From contig JBEVFK010000097.1 of the NCBI GenBank assembly GCA_040512325.1, positions 21,372-85,371 on the forward strand: 64,000 nt of DNA, written 5' to 3'. The notes below the pieces were generated by a model. The model ran no database searches and was not told the DNA's origin. It worked only from the letters and a program-made list of their open reading frames with translations. Source of the stretch: Mycobacterium sp. GTDB taxonomy: Bacteria; Actinomycetota; Actinomycetes; Mycobacteriales; Mycobacteriaceae. Of this stretch, positions 41,353 through 51,641 are shown in pieces. Position 1 is the stretch's first letter. Each line of letters opens with the position of its first letter. Both the position numbers and the translations under genes were made by a program.

Positions 41353-43953
41353 ATGTCTCGACCAGTCGCTCCCTCACTGACAGTTCGGCATGACGGGTCT
41401 TCTCGCACTTTCGCCGCGGGCAATGATGTTGTTGTCGGCCGTGATCTACGCGCGGACGTCCGCGTTGCCCATCCGCTGATCTCGCGCGCCCACGTCGTCC
41501 TGCGCTTCGATACCGGCCGTTGGCTGGCCATCGACAACGGCTCCCTCAACGGCATGTTCGTCAACGGCCGCCGCGTGGGCAACGCCGAGATCCGCGACGG
41601 GCTGGCGCTGAACATCGGCAACCCGGACGGTCCCCGGCTGGAGTTCGAGGTGGGCCGCCACACCGGCGCTGTCGGCATGCCGCCCCAGACCGCCGCGGTA
41701 CCGGTCGCGTCCCGCACAGGTACGGCTCCGTCCCAGTACGGCGCGCCGCAGTACCCCACCGGCGGCAGCTGGCCGGGAACCGCAGGTGCCCCGGCACCGC
41801 CGTTGCGGCCACCGACCGGTCCGCCGCCCTACCCGAGCGGGCCACGGCCCCAGTCATACCCGCCGAGCCAGGCCCAACCGGCCTCGCGTCCCCCCGCCTC
41901 GGGCGCCATGCCCACCCAGATGGGCCCGACGGCAATCCCGCCGCGGCCGCCCAGCGGCGGTGGCGGCGAGTCCAACCTGGCGACCAGCATGCTCAAGATC
42001 CTGCGGCCCGGCCGGGCTGTGGAGACGCCGGCCGGCGGCATCAAGATCGGTCGGGCCACCGACAACGAGATCGTCATTCCCGATGTGCTGGCCTCACGTC
42101 ATCACGCGACCCTGGTCCCGGCAGCCGGCGGCGGCACCGAGATCATCGACAACCGCAGCATCAACGGCACCTTCGTCAACGGCACCCGCGTCGAACAGGC
42201 GATGCTGCGCGAGGGCGATGTCGTCACCATCGGCAACATCGACCTGGTCTTCACCGGCGGCACGCTGGCCCGGCGCAACGAAACGCAGGCCGCCACCCGC
42301 ACCGGTGGCCTGGAAGTGCGTGGTCTGACCTGGACCATCGAGGGCACCAAGACCCTGCTCGACAACATTTCCATCGATGCGCGTCCCGGCACGCTGACCG
42401 CGGTGATCGGCCCGTCCGGTGCCGGCAAGTCCACCTTCGCCCGCCAGGTCGCCGGCTACACCCACCCGACCAGTGGCCGGATCACCTTCGAAGGCCACGA
42501 CATCCACGCCGAGTACGCCTCGCTGCGCTCCCGGATCGGAATGGTCCCCCAAGACGACGTGGTGCACGGCCAGCTGACGGTCCGGCAGGCGTTGATGTAC
42601 GCCGCCGAACTGCGTCTGCCGCCGGACACCAACAAGGAAGACCGCGAACGCGTCGTCATGCAGGTGCTCGAAGAACTCGAGATGACCAAACATCTCGACA
42701 CCCGCGTCAGCAAGCTCTCCGGCGGTCAGCGCAAACGTGCCTCGGTGGCCCTCGAGCTGCTGACCGGGCCGTCGCTGCTGATCCTCGATGAGCCCACCTC
42801 CGGCCTGGACCCGGCACTGGACCGCCAGGTCATGACCATGCTGCGCCAGCTCGCCGACGCCGGTCGCGTGGTCCTGGTGGTCACCCACTCGCTGACCTAT
42901 CTCGATGTCTGCGATCAGGTACTGCTGCTGGCTCCGGGCGGCAAGACCGCCTTCTACGGCCCGCCCAGCCAGATCGGGCCCGAATTGGGCACCACCAACT
43001 GGGCCGACATCTTCTCCACCGTCGCCGCCGACCCCGACGAGGCCGGCCAACGGTTCCTCGCCCGCAGCGGACCGCCGCCGGAGGCGGAAGCCTCGTCGGC
43101 CCCTGCCGACATGGGCGAACCGACGTCTACCAGCATCCGTCGGCAGTTCTCGACGATCGCGCGACGGCAGATGCGGCTGATCGTCTCCGACCGCGGCTAC
43201 TTCATCTTCCTGGCGATCCTGCCGTTCATCATGGGTGTGTTGTCGCTGTCGGTGCCCGGCACCATGGGCTTCGGGGTGCCCGATCCGATGGGCAACGCGC
43301 CCAATGAGCCCGGTCAGATGCTGGTGCTGCTCAACGTCGGTGCGATCTTCATGGGCACCGCGCTGACGGTCCGCGATCTGATCGGCGAACGTGCGATCTT
43401 CCGTCGCGAGCAAGCCGTCGGGCTGTCGACCACGGCCTACCTGCTGGCCAAGGTCTGCATCTATGCGGTGTTCGCGATCCTGCAGTCCTCGATCGTCACG
43501 GCGATCACGGTGCTCGGCAAGGGCGGGCCCACCCAGGGGTCGGTGTCGTTCCTGCCGCCGACGGCGGAGTTGTTCGTGGTGATGGCCGCGACCACCGTCA
43601 CCGCCGCGATGGTCGGGCTGGCGCTGTCCGCCCTGGCCAAGTCCAACGAGCAGATCATGCCGCTGCTGGTGGTGGCCGTCATGAGTCAGCTGGTGTTCTC
43701 CGGCGGCATGATCCCGGTGACCGACCGTCTGGTACTCGATCAGCTGTCCTGGCTCACCCCGGCCCGCTGGGGTTTCGCCGCGTCGGCCTCGACCGTCGAT
43801 CTGATCCATCTGGTGCCCGGGCCGCTGACGCCCAAGGATTCGCATTGGGAGCACACCTCTTCGGCGTGGTGGTTCGACATGGGAATGCTGGCGGCGCTGA
43901 GCCTCGGTTACCTGACGTTCGTGCGGTTCAAGATCCGGCTGTCGGCCGCTTAG
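41353..43953 (+). CDS. FHA-FHA-ABC transporter (Rv1747-like)
   Basis: Two FHA domains (GR..SRAH..NG; GR..SRHH..NGT), Pro-rich linker, GPSGAGKST, LSGGQ, ABC-2 TM domain. Confidence 0.93.
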   Translation: MSRPVAPSLTVRHDGSSRTFAAGNDVVVGRDLRADVRVAHPLISRAHVVLRFDTGRWLAIDNGSLNGMFVNGRRVGNAEIRDGLALNIGNPDGPRLEFEVGRHTGAVGMPPQTAAVPVASRTGTAPSQYGAPQYPTGGSWPGTAGAPAPPLRPPTGPPPYPSGPRPQSYPPSQAQPASRPPASGAMPTQMGPTAIPPRPPSGGGGESNLATSMLKILRPGRAVETPAGGIKIGRATDNEIVIPDVLASRHHATLVPAAGGGTEIIDNRSINGTFVNGTRVEQAMLREGDVVTIGNIDLVFTGGTLARRNETQAATRTGGLEVRGLTWTIEGTKTLLDNISIDARPGTLTAVIGPSGAGKSTFARQVAGYTHPTSGRITFEGHDIHAEYASLRSRIGMVPQDDVVHGQLTVRQALMYAAELRLPPDTNKEDRERVVMQVLEELEMTKHLDTRVSKLSGGQRKRASVALELLTGPSLLILDEPTSGLDPALDRQVMTMLRQLADAGRVVLVVTHSLTYLDVCDQVLLLAPGGKTAFYGPPSQIGPELGTTNWADIFSTVAADPDEAGQRFLARSGPPPEAEASSAPADMGEPTSTSIRRQFSTIARRQMRLIVSDRGYFIFLAILPFIMGVLSLSVPGTMGFGVPDPMGNAPNEPGQMLVLLNVGAIFMGTALTVRDLIGERAIFRREQAVGLSTTAYLLAKVCIYAVFAILQSSIVTAITVLGKGGPTQGSVSFLPPTAELFVVMAATTVTAAMVGLALSALAKSNEQIMPLLVVAVMSQLVFSGGMIPVTDRLVLDQLSWLTPARWGFAASASTVDLIHLVPGPLTPKDSHWEHTSSAWWFDMGMLAALSLGYLTFVRFKIRLSAA

Positions 43954-43963
43954 GTCTGTCGAG

Positions 43964-44214
43964 TTCGACGGGTGTGCGTCCCACGACGTCCACATCGGCG
44001 AGTCGCGTCGTAAACCGCACAACCGTCGAAGGCCGCCGCCCCACCAACGGCGCCAGGTTCGACGGGTGTGCGTCCCGCGACGTCCGCATCGGCGAGTCGC
44101 CTCGTAAACCGCACAACCGTCAACGCCGCCGCCCCACCAACGGCGCCAGGTTCGACGGGTGCGTCCCGCGACGTCCACATCGGCAAGTCGCGTCGTAAAC
44201 CGCACAACCGTCAA
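43964..44214 (+). repeat. tandem triplet of REP-like type B units (period 94/93)
   Basis: TTCGACGGGTG(TG)CG...CGCACAACCGTC units start at 43964, 44058 and 44151, with near-identical linker GCCGCCGCCCCACCAACGGCGCCAGG. Confidence 0.92.
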
Positions 44215-44242
44215 CGGCCGCGAACGAACGTCCGCCGCGGCT

Positions 44243-44803
44243 CTAGTCCCCGTGCACGTCGAGGCCGTGCGCTGCGGCAAAAGCCAGTGCCTGCGGCAGG
44301 TCGATCCGCACACCGCGCAGTGACGCCGTGATGGTCCAGAAGTCGGGGTCCACTCGCGCGCCGCGCAGATCCGCGGAGTCCAGTTTCGCTCCCCGGACCC
44401 GCGCGCCGCTCAGGTCCGCACCGCGCAGCACCGCCTTGCGCAGATCGGTTTCCACCAGCCCGGCTTCGCGCAGCCGGCACCCGGACAGATCCACGCCCCG
44501 CAGATCGGTCCCCGCCAGCACCGCGAGGGTGAAGTCCACCTCGTCGAACACCACGGGCCGCAGCCGGCATTCGGTGAACACCGAGCCCATCATGCTGCAG
44601 TTGCGGAACGTGCTGTGCCACAGCGAGGCACGGTTGAATCGGCAGTTGCGGAACGCGGAACCCAAGTGCTCGGATTCGGCGAGGTTGACGCCGCTGAAAT
44701 CACAGCCGTCGAACACTGCGCGTTCGGTCCGCAACCCGACAAGGTCGTCCCCGTCGCGGAAATCGTGAGCGATGAACTCACGCTCGATCCAGGCTTCCGT
44801 CAC
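44243..44803 (-). CDS. mfpA: pentapeptide-repeat protein MfpA
   Basis: Pentapeptide repeats (CDFSG, VNLAE, ADLSG, AKLDS); last gene of the conservon as for Rv3361c. Confidence 0.92.
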   Translation of the reverse strand: MTEAWIEREFIAHDFRDGDDLVGLRTERAVFDGCDFSGVNLAESEHLGSAFRNCRFNRASLWHSTFRNCSMMGSVFTECRLRPVVFDEVDFTLAVLAGTDLRGVDLSGCRLREAGLVETDLRKAVLRGADLSGARVRGAKLDSADLRGARVDPDFWTITASLRGVRIDLPQALAFAAAHGLDVHGD

Positions 44804-45387
44804 GCCGACAGCGACTCCAACGCGTATTCACTCACCGCGATCAGGGCGTGCTTGGCCGAGTCGCGATCGCGGGCGTCCACGCCGATGACGGGGATGCGCT
44901 CGGCCAGCGCCAGCGCCGCCCGCACTTCGTCGGCCGCGAAGCGCTGCGCGCCGTCGAACTCGTTGACCGCGACGATGAACGGGATCTTGCGGTCTTCGAA
45001 GAAATCGACCGCGGCGAAGCTGTCTTCGAGCCTGCGGGTGTCCACCAGCACGATCGCACCGATCGCGCCGTGCACCAGGTCGTCCCACATGAACCAGAAC
45101 CGGCGCTGACCCGGGGTTCCGAACAGGTACAACACCAGGTCCTCGTCGAGGGTGATGCGGCCGAAGTCCATGGCGACCGTGGTGGTGGATTTCGCCGGGG
45201 TGGCCGACAGCTCGTCGACGCCGGCGGAGACATTGGTGACCATGGCCTCGGTGCGCAGCGGCATGATCTCCGAGACCGTCCCGACGAACGTGGTCTTGCC
45301 GACTCCGAATCCGCCCGCGATGACGATTTTCGTCGATGCGGCATTGCGTTTCTGGGTGCGACCCCCCTCAAAGCGCTCGAAGCCCAC
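44800..45387 (-). CDS. mfpB: small GTPase (CvnD/MfpB)
   Basis: GGFGVGKTT, TTTVAMDFG, GTPGQ.RF. Confidence 0.9.
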   Translation of the reverse strand: MGFERFEGGRTQKRNAASTKIVIAGGFGVGKTTFVGTVSEIMPLRTEAMVTNVSAGVDELSATPAKSTTTVAMDFGRITLDEDLVLYLFGTPGQRRFWFMWDDLVHGAIGAIVLVDTRRLEDSFAAVDFFEDRKIPFIVAVNEFDGAQRFAADEVRAALALAERIPVIGVDARDRDSAKHALIAVSEYALESLSA

Positions 45388-45733
45388 GGAGGGTCCTTCC
45401 TATGAGTTCGCGTCGTTCATCTCGGGTCGAGTCGTCGGTCAAACTGGTCTGCACTTGAAGGTATCCCGAGGTGACCAGATCGCCGACGAGGACACGGGCC
45501 ACACCGAGAGGAACGTTGAGCCGGGCCGAGATCTCGGCCACAGAGGGACTCTTGATGCAGAGCTGGATGATCCGGCCGCGGAGGTCGTTGGGTGGCCACC
45601 GGTGGAACAACCCTGATTGCAAGGTCTGAATGGGCGCCTCGTACGGCAGATCAACGGAGGTGTCGGTCCGCCCCGCCGTCAAGGTGTACGGCCGGACGAG
45701 ATTTGCTTCACGTATCGGATCGACTGGTTCCAT
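45368..45733 (-). CDS. DUF742 protein (CvnC)
   Basis: VRPYTLTAGRT, SVAEISARL..PLGVARVLVGDL. Confidence 0.9.
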   Translation of the reverse strand: MEPVDPIREANLVRPYTLTAGRTDTSVDLPYEAPIQTLQSGLFHRWPPNDLRGRIIQLCIKSPSVAEISARLNVPLGVARVLVGDLVTSGYLQVQTSLTDDSTRDERRELIGRTLRGLRAL

Positions 45734-45739
45734 CGCCGC

Positions 45740-46171
45740 TCACGAGGTCTGGGTGGTCCGGCGGCGCGAGGCGGACACCACGCCGCCGACCCGCTCGGCC
45801 AATAGCGCCATTTCGTAGCCGACCTGCCCGATATCGCAGGACTTGGAAGCCAGAGTGGCCAGTTGACTTCCGTCTCCGACCTGCATGATCAGCACGTAAC
45901 CGTGGTCCATCTCCACCACCGACTGCAAGACCCGGCCGCCGTCGAAGAGTTGAGCCGCTCCGGCAGCCAGGCTGGCCAGCCCGGAGGTGACGGCCGCGAG
46001 TTGGTCGGCGCGTTCGGGCGGCAGGTGGTCACTGGCCGCGATCAGGAGACCGTCGACGGAGACCAGGACGGCGTGCGCGACGCCGGGGATGTCCCTGGCG
46101 AACTTGGACACCAACCAGTCCAGCGGGTTCTCCTGCGAAGATCGCTGTTGTGAGCCCGAAGCTGCGCTCAT
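45740..46171 (-). CDS. roadblock/LC7 protein (CvnB)
   Basis: [27 protein letters not shown]. Confidence 0.92.
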   Translation of the reverse strand: MSAASGSQQRSSQENPLDWLVSKFARDIPGVAHAVLVSVDGLLIAASDHLPPERADQLAAVTSGLASLAAGAAQLFDGGRVLQSVVEMDHGYVLIMQVGDGSQLATLASKSCDIGQVGYEMALLAERVGGVVSASRRRTTQTS

Positions 46172-48870
46172 TCGTGATCGTGTCCTTCAGTAGTGTCGTG
46201 GCCGTGGGAGCGCGCCGCCCGCACTCCCCCGAAGTGATTGCTGATCGAGGTCCGGATCGCATCGGGATCACGGACCTCTGACTGCCCGTCGGCATCGCGC
46301 GGTCCAGTCCCGTTGGTGGACAACACATTCTGCTGTGCAGCGGAGCCCGTGCCGCCGGGCACCAGTCGGGCACCCGGCTGCCGCACCGGCAGCCCGTGGT
46401 CGGTGCGCGACTCCACCGGGACGTTCTCGGCCTCTTCCGCCGCCGCCCAACCGTTATCCCACACCGATTTCCAGTCCTGCGGTGTGGCGAGCTGCTGGAG
46501 GTCCTTGGGATCGACCAGCCACTCGTTCATCATGTTCTGGTAGATCACGTCGTCGGCGTCGGGTTCGGGTTCGACGGGATCGGGGCCCGGGGTCGGTTCC
46601 TGCTCGAGGCCCGCGTGTTGAAGGCGCTGACGTGACGAGAAGAATCCGGACGTATCCGTGCGCGCGTTCACCGGCTCCGCATCCACCGCCGCCGTGGAGT
46701 CTTGCGGCCACCACGTCTGGCCCTTCTCGTCTGCGGGGGCTCCGGTGATGCCGCTGGAACCCGGGGTGCGGCGCGGCAGCAACGGCGTCACCGAGGCTGC
46801 CTGCAGGTCTGCCTCGTCGACGGTCGGGGCGGGTTCGTCGAACAACGAGACGCCGACCACCGCCTCACCGTAGGCGGAGTTTTCGGCGGGCTCGCGGTCC
46901 GGTTCGACCGCCGGCGCGGACGCTGCAGCCTCGTCGAGCAGCTCGGGTGGCAGGTAGAGCTGGGCGGTGGTGCCGACGTCGGTGCCGTTACCGCCTACCA
47001 GCAGCCGCACCGTCATCCCGTGCTGGCGGGCGAGCCGACCGACCACGAACAACCCCATGTGCCGGGTGCTGTCGGGGCCGACCTCGCCGCCGGCGTTGAG
47101 CCGCATGTTCGCGATGCGCAGATCGCCCTCGGTCATCCCGAGTCCGGCGTCGTCGACGTCGATCAAAATGCCGCCATTGCTGGTGTGCACGGCAGTGACC
47201 CGCACCTGTTCGGTGGGAGGCGAATACCGCAGCGCATTGTCGATGAGTTCGGCCAGCAGATGCACCGCATCACCGGCCACCGAGCCGATGGCCGAACAGT
47301 CCGGCACCATGCCGGTGTCCACCCGCTGGTACTCCTCGACTTCGGACGCCGCCGCGTTGATCAGCGACACCAGCGGCACCGCATCGCTGTGTTCGCGCGT
47401 CACCTGGGCGCCGGCCAGCACCAACAGGTTGGCGCCGTTGCGGCGCATGCGAGTGGCGAGGTGGTCGAGGCGGAACAGGTGCGCGAGCCTCTCGGGGTTC
47501 GCTTCATTGCGTTCCAGCTGGTCGATGAGTGACAGCTGTTGGTCGACAAGCGATTTGTTGCGCCGGGACATGGTCTCGAACATGTCGTTGACGGTCACCC
47601 GCAGGCGGGCCTCGTCGCCGGCCAGCAGCAGCGCCTGCGCATGCAGCTCGTCGACGGCGTGCGCCACCTGACCGATCTCTTCGGAGGTGTGGATGGGCAG
47701 CGGGTCCGGTTCACGTTCATCGCCGGCTTTGACCCGATCGATTTCGCGGACCAGATCTTCGTGCGCGATCTTCAGCGCCCCGTCGCGGAGGCGGCGCAGC
47801 GGACGGGTCAACGACCGCGCGACGAGCACCACGATCACCAGGACGATCAGGAAGGCGGCCAGCACCACGGCGGCGTCGCGGATGGCGTCGTTGCGCGCGT
47901 CGGTTGCTTCGTCACCGACCGTGGCCAGGACACTGCCGGTGGCGTCAGCGACGAGCTGTTCGGCGATGTCGTCGGTGGTCTGGATCGACTGCAGCAGTTC
48001 GGGGTTGTCGACCAGGACCGCTGCCGGATCGGACAGCACCGCCAAGCGCTGCACCATCTGCGACCGCAGAGCCGACGCCTGATCCGAGGCGCCACCGAGC
48101 AGTTCGGCCATCCCGCGGACCGTCGAGGGCTCGGTACCGGCGAGCGCGATCATCGACGAGCGCAGTTCCGGTTCCGGCAGCGCACCCCCGGCTTCGACGA
48201 GCATCCGCTGCATCGCCATCTGCCCGCGGGCGCCCACGGCCCGGGCCAGCCCCTCGGCTTGCATCCGCAGGTTCTCGTCGTCACCGCGCACGGAGCCGGT
48301 GATGGCGGTCTCGGCGGTCAGCAGCAGCGGGGAAAACGAGGACACCTGCTCGGGCAGGGTCGCCGAACCGTCGTCGACCGCGCCAATCAGGTTCTGGCCC
48401 AGCGTGATCAGATTCGTCCCGGCCAGCCGGACATCGGAGACGGGCTCGGTGGTGTCCAACCGCTCCTGCAACTCGCCACTGCGGGTGTCGTAATCGGACT
48501 TGGCCTGGGCCCGGTCGCCTTCGGCGGCGTCGACCACCAATACGTTCTGTAGCGCCGCCATGTACTCGTTGATCGCCGGTACCAGCTCGGCACGGTCGGC
48601 GGCCACACTGAGCTCGCGGACTTCGGCGATGCTGCTGTAGATGCGGACACCGCCGAACACCGCCGCCAGCAGCAGCGGAACCACCGCGATCGCAACGACC
48701 TTCCAGCGCACCGGCCAGTTGCTCAACGACCAGCGCGACGGGCGCTTGGTGGTCGACGCCCGCGGAGGAGTGACCTCCGCCCGCGACGAATCCCCGGAGT
48801 AGGGCGAGGTGAGGGGCTGGCCGGCGGCGGGCCGGTCGAACATGGTGGTACGCGGCGAATCCGCGCTCAC
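46168..48870 (-). CDS. conservon membrane sensor kinase (CvnA/Rv3365c-like)
   Basis: Two TM segments, [42 protein letters not shown] tail. Confidence 0.9.
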   Translation of the reverse strand: MSADSPRTTMFDRPAAGQPLTSPYSGDSSRAEVTPPRASTTKRPSRWSLSNWPVRWKVVAIAVVPLLLAAVFGGVRIYSSIAEVRELSVAADRAELVPAINEYMAALQNVLVVDAAEGDRAQAKSDYDTRSGELQERLDTTEPVSDVRLAGTNLITLGQNLIGAVDDGSATLPEQVSSFSPLLLTAETAITGSVRGDDENLRMQAEGLARAVGARGQMAMQRMLVEAGGALPEPELRSSMIALAGTEPSTVRGMAELLGGASDQASALRSQMVQRLAVLSDPAAVLVDNPELLQSIQTTDDIAEQLVADATGSVLATVGDEATDARNDAIRDAAVVLAAFLIVLVIVVLVARSLTRPLRRLRDGALKIAHEDLVREIDRVKAGDEREPDPLPIHTSEEIGQVAHAVDELHAQALLLAGDEARLRVTVNDMFETMSRRNKSLVDQQLSLIDQLERNEANPERLAHLFRLDHLATRMRRNGANLLVLAGAQVTREHSDAVPLVSLINAAASEVEEYQRVDTGMVPDCSAIGSVAGDAVHLLAELIDNALRYSPPTEQVRVTAVHTSNGGILIDVDDAGLGMTEGDLRIANMRLNAGGEVGPDSTRHMGLFVVGRLARQHGMTVRLLVGGNGTDVGTTAQLYLPPELLDEAAASAPAVEPDREPAENSAYGEAVVGVSLFDEPAPTVDEADLQAASVTPLLPRRTPGSSGITGAPADEKGQTWWPQDSTAAVDAEPVNARTDTSGFFSSRQRLQHAGLEQEPTPGPDPVEPEPDADDVIYQNMMNEWLVDPKDLQQLATPQDWKSVWDNGWAAAEEAENVPVESRTDHGLPVRQPGARLVPGGTGSAAQQNVLSTNGTGPRDADGQSEVRDPDAIRTSISNHFGGVRAARSHGHDTTEGHDHE

Positions 48871-48941
48871 CGCGACGTGTCCGTATCCCGGGCCGCGTGA
48901 CTACTTGCGCCGCTGCCTGTTGTTGCTCGAGCCTCGTTCAT
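48867..48941 (-). other. putative 24-aa uORF coupled to the conservon kinase
   Basis: AGGAAG then ATG 48941; [24 protein letters not shown]; its TGA overlaps the kinase GTG (GTGA). Confidence 0.4.
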
Positions 48942-49129
48942 AAGACTTCCTGCTATTCAGCCCGCCGATGAGCTCGAGGCAGGCGCAATTCGCGTGGCAA
49001 TTGGAGAAGTATGACAGCACCCGGAGAGCAGCTCCACAGTTCTCCTGAACAGGCAGAGTGCTTAGCTGCACTGATGTCCTCGAAAGGCGATTTGGAGCAA
49101 AGTATTCGTAATCGAACTGACATCATCGA

Positions 49130-49597
49130 GTGATGTTTCGATTGCTGTTCTTCTCGCCCCGCATCGCGCCGAACACCGGCAATGCCATTCGGATGGTCGC
49201 CGCGACGGGTGCCGAGCTGCATCTGGTCGAACCGCTGGGATTTGATCTGTCCGAACCCAAATTGAGACGTGCCGGCCTCGATTACCACGACCTGGCGTCG
49301 GTGACGGTCCATCCCTCGCTGCCGGCGGCCTGGGCTGCGATTCGGCCCGACCGCGTCTACGCCTACACCGCCCATGCCACCACGTCGTTCTCCGCTGTCG
49401 CCTACCAACCTGGCGACGTGCTGATGTTCGGTCCGGAGCCGACCGGGCTGGATGCCGAGACGCTGGCCGACCCGCACATCACCGCCCAGCTCCGGATCCC
49501 CATGCTGTCCGGCAGGCGCTCGCTGAACTTGTCCAACGCGGCCGCGGTAGCGGTGTACGAGGCATGGCGCCAGCACGACTTCGCCGGCTCCGTCTAG
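49130..49597 (+). CDS. trmL: tRNA (cytidine(34)-2'-O)-methyltransferase (SpoU)
   Basis: PRIAPNTGN, LRRAGLDY, FGPEPTGL, RSLNLSNA. Confidence 0.93.
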   Translation: MMFRLLFFSPRIAPNTGNAIRMVAATGAELHLVEPLGFDLSEPKLRRAGLDYHDLASVTVHPSLPAAWAAIRPDRVYAYTAHATTSFSAVAYQPGDVLMFGPEPTGLDAETLADPHITAQLRIPMLSGRRSLNLSNAAAVAVYEAWRQHDFAGSV

Positions 49598-49619
49598 CAC
49601 CCGGCCAGAAAAGACTGAC

Positions 49620-50261
49620 CTACCAGGTGTCCCAGTGGGCGAGCTGTTCGGCGGGCAGTCGCTTGGCCTTCTTGAAGTCGGTGCCCTTGGTGTAGGCGAT
49701 GGGGAACAGCCCGCCCTGGGCGTACTTGTCGAACGGAATGCCCAGAATGTCGGCCACCTGCTTTTCGCCATCACCCACCAGGTGCAGCGATGTCCACGCC
49801 GAACCGAGTCCACGTGAGCGCAGCGCCAACATGAAACTCCACGTCGCGGGGAACAGCGATCCCCAGAATCCGGCGCTCGCGCCCGCCGGTGCGCCATCAG
49901 GCCGGCCCTCCAGACACGGAATCAACATCACCGGCACCTCGTGTAGGTGCTCATTGAGGAACTTCGCCGAGTCGATGACCTTCGGGGTGCTCGCATCGCG
50001 GCTGTCGCCGTATTCCGGCTTGGGCGCATCGAGGTAGGGAGTGGCCGCGATGCGGTAGACGTCGGCGATGGCCTTCTTCTTCTCGGCATCTTCGACGAAC
50101 ACCCACTGCCAGCCCTGGGAATTGGAACCAGTCGGTGCTTGCAGAGCGAGATCGAGGCATTCGAGGAGCACGTCGCGGGGCACCGGCTTGTCGAAGTCGA
50201 GCCGTTTGCGCACCGAACGGGTGGAGGTCAGGAGTTCATCGACGGACAGGTTCAGGGTCAT
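49620..50261 (-). CDS. nitroreductase family protein (Rv3368c-like)
   Basis: TRSVRKRL, APTGSNSQGW, LALRSRGLGS. Confidence 0.92.
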   Translation of the reverse strand: MTLNLSVDELLTSTRSVRKRLDFDKPVPRDVLLECLDLALQAPTGSNSQGWQWVFVEDAEKKKAIADVYRIAATPYLDAPKPEYGDSRDASTPKVIDSAKFLNEHLHEVPVMLIPCLEGRPDGAPAGASAGFWGSLFPATWSFMLALRSRGLGSAWTSLHLVGDGEKQVADILGIPFDKYAQGGLFPIAYTKGTDFKKAKRLPAEQLAHWDTW

Positions 50262-50284
50262 GACCGGAGACTACATTCGGCTAC

Positions 50285-50710
50285 ATGACCGCTGATCTGA
50301 CGCCCGAAGTGTCCGGCCGACTCACCGACGATTCGTTCGGATGGCTCACCACCGTGGCCAAATCCGGGTTGCCCGTGCCCAGACTGATCTGGTTCTTCTT
50401 CTCGGAAACTGAGGCTGGCTCCGAGCTGTCGATCTACACCAAGCCCACGGCCGCCAAGGTGGCCCACATCCGTCGCCATCCCCAGGTGAGCCTGAACCTG
50501 GATTCGGACGGCCAGGGTAGCGGCATCATCGTCGTCGGCGGCACCGCCCGTATCGACGCCGAGGGTGTCGACTGCCGCACCGATGAGCCGTACTGGGCCA
50601 AGTACGCCGCGATCTCGGAGCAGGCCGGGTTGACCGACACCATGGCGGACTACAGCGCCCGGATCAAGATCAGCATCGACAAGATCTGGACGACGCCCAC
50701 CGAGGCCTGA
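50285..50710 (+). CDS. PPOX-class F420-dependent oxidoreductase (Rv3369-like)
   Basis: WLTTVAKSGLPVP..WF, KVAHIRRHPQVSL. Confidence 0.85.
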   Translation: MTADLTPEVSGRLTDDSFGWLTTVAKSGLPVPRLIWFFFSETEAGSELSIYTKPTAAKVAHIRRHPQVSLNLDSDGQGSGIIVVGGTARIDAEGVDCRTDEPYWAKYAAISEQAGLTDTMADYSARIKISIDKIWTTPTEA

Positions 50711-50711
50711 G

Positions 50712-51638
50712 ATGTCGGTGCTCCAGTGGCAGGTGGTTGCCGATTCGCTGGCGCGACTGTTCGGGGCCGCCCTCGATCCCGCCCCTAAACCCGGGGTGCG
50801 ATTTCCCGACGTCGCCGGCCGCACCTCCACGGTGTCGATTCCGACTCGGCACGGCGCGACGGCGGCCACCGTGTACCACCCTGAACTCGAACGGGATCAG
50901 CAGCCGGCCGTGTACATCAACATTCACGGCGGCGGATTCACCGTCGGCCACCGCGAACAGGACGACCCGTGGTGCCGTTATCTCGCCGCGCGCGCCGGCG
51001 TGGCAGTGGTGAACACCGATTACGTCCTCTCTCCTCGATACCGGTTCCCCGCACCGGTCGAGCAGATCTACGACATCGTGCGATGGGCGTGTATGCCGCA
51101 GCGAGATTGGGACGGAACACGACTCTGCATCGGCGGCCAGAGCGCCGGTGGCAGCCTGGCCGCGGCAGTGTCGCGGCTGGCCCTCGAGAACGATGGGCCA
51201 CGGATCGCGTTGCAGGTCTTGCATTACGCCCCATTGGATCTCGTGACTGCCACCAAAGACAAGCACAGTCCGCTGGGTGACTCCGCGGTGATGCGGCCGT
51301 GGATGAGCGACGTGTTCGACACCGCCTACATCCCTGATCGTCGGCAGCGACGCGATCGGCTCGCCTCGCCGGCGTGGGGTACCAACGGCGACGACGTGTA
51401 CGGCATCGCCCCCGCCCTGGTGGTCACCGCCGAATACGACCGACTCCGTGCCGAAGCGGCGGCCTATGCCGACAAGCTGGACGCCGTCGGCGCACTCGTG
51501 GCCTATCACGAAGTGCCCGGGCTCGATCACGGCTACAACATCATGAGCGATACGCCGGAGGCCGTCGCCGCCACCCGCAGGACCTATGACCTCATCGCTG
51601 ATCACGTGGCGCGCGCGGTCGGTACCGGTCCGCGCTGA
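50712..51638 (+). CDS. HSL-family esterase
   Basis: HGGGF, GQSAGG, EYDRL, DHGY. Confidence 0.9.
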   Translation: MSVLQWQVVADSLARLFGAALDPAPKPGVRFPDVAGRTSTVSIPTRHGATAATVYHPELERDQQPAVYINIHGGGFTVGHREQDDPWCRYLAARAGVAVVNTDYVLSPRYRFPAPVEQIYDIVRWACMPQRDWDGTRLCIGGQSAGGSLAAAVSRLALENDGPRIALQVLHYAPLDLVTATKDKHSPLGDSAVMRPWMSDVFDTAYIPDRRQRRDRLASPAWGTNGDDVYGIAPALVVTAEYDRLRAEAAAYADKLDAVGALVAYHEVPGLDHGYNIMSDTPEAVAATRRTYDLIADHVARAVGTGPR

Positions 51639-51641
51639 CGG

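Noticed and set aside
43964-44214. CRISPR-like repeat array
   Set aside because: The linkers are near-identical rather than unique spacers, the units are ~65 nt, and there are no cas genes in the window.
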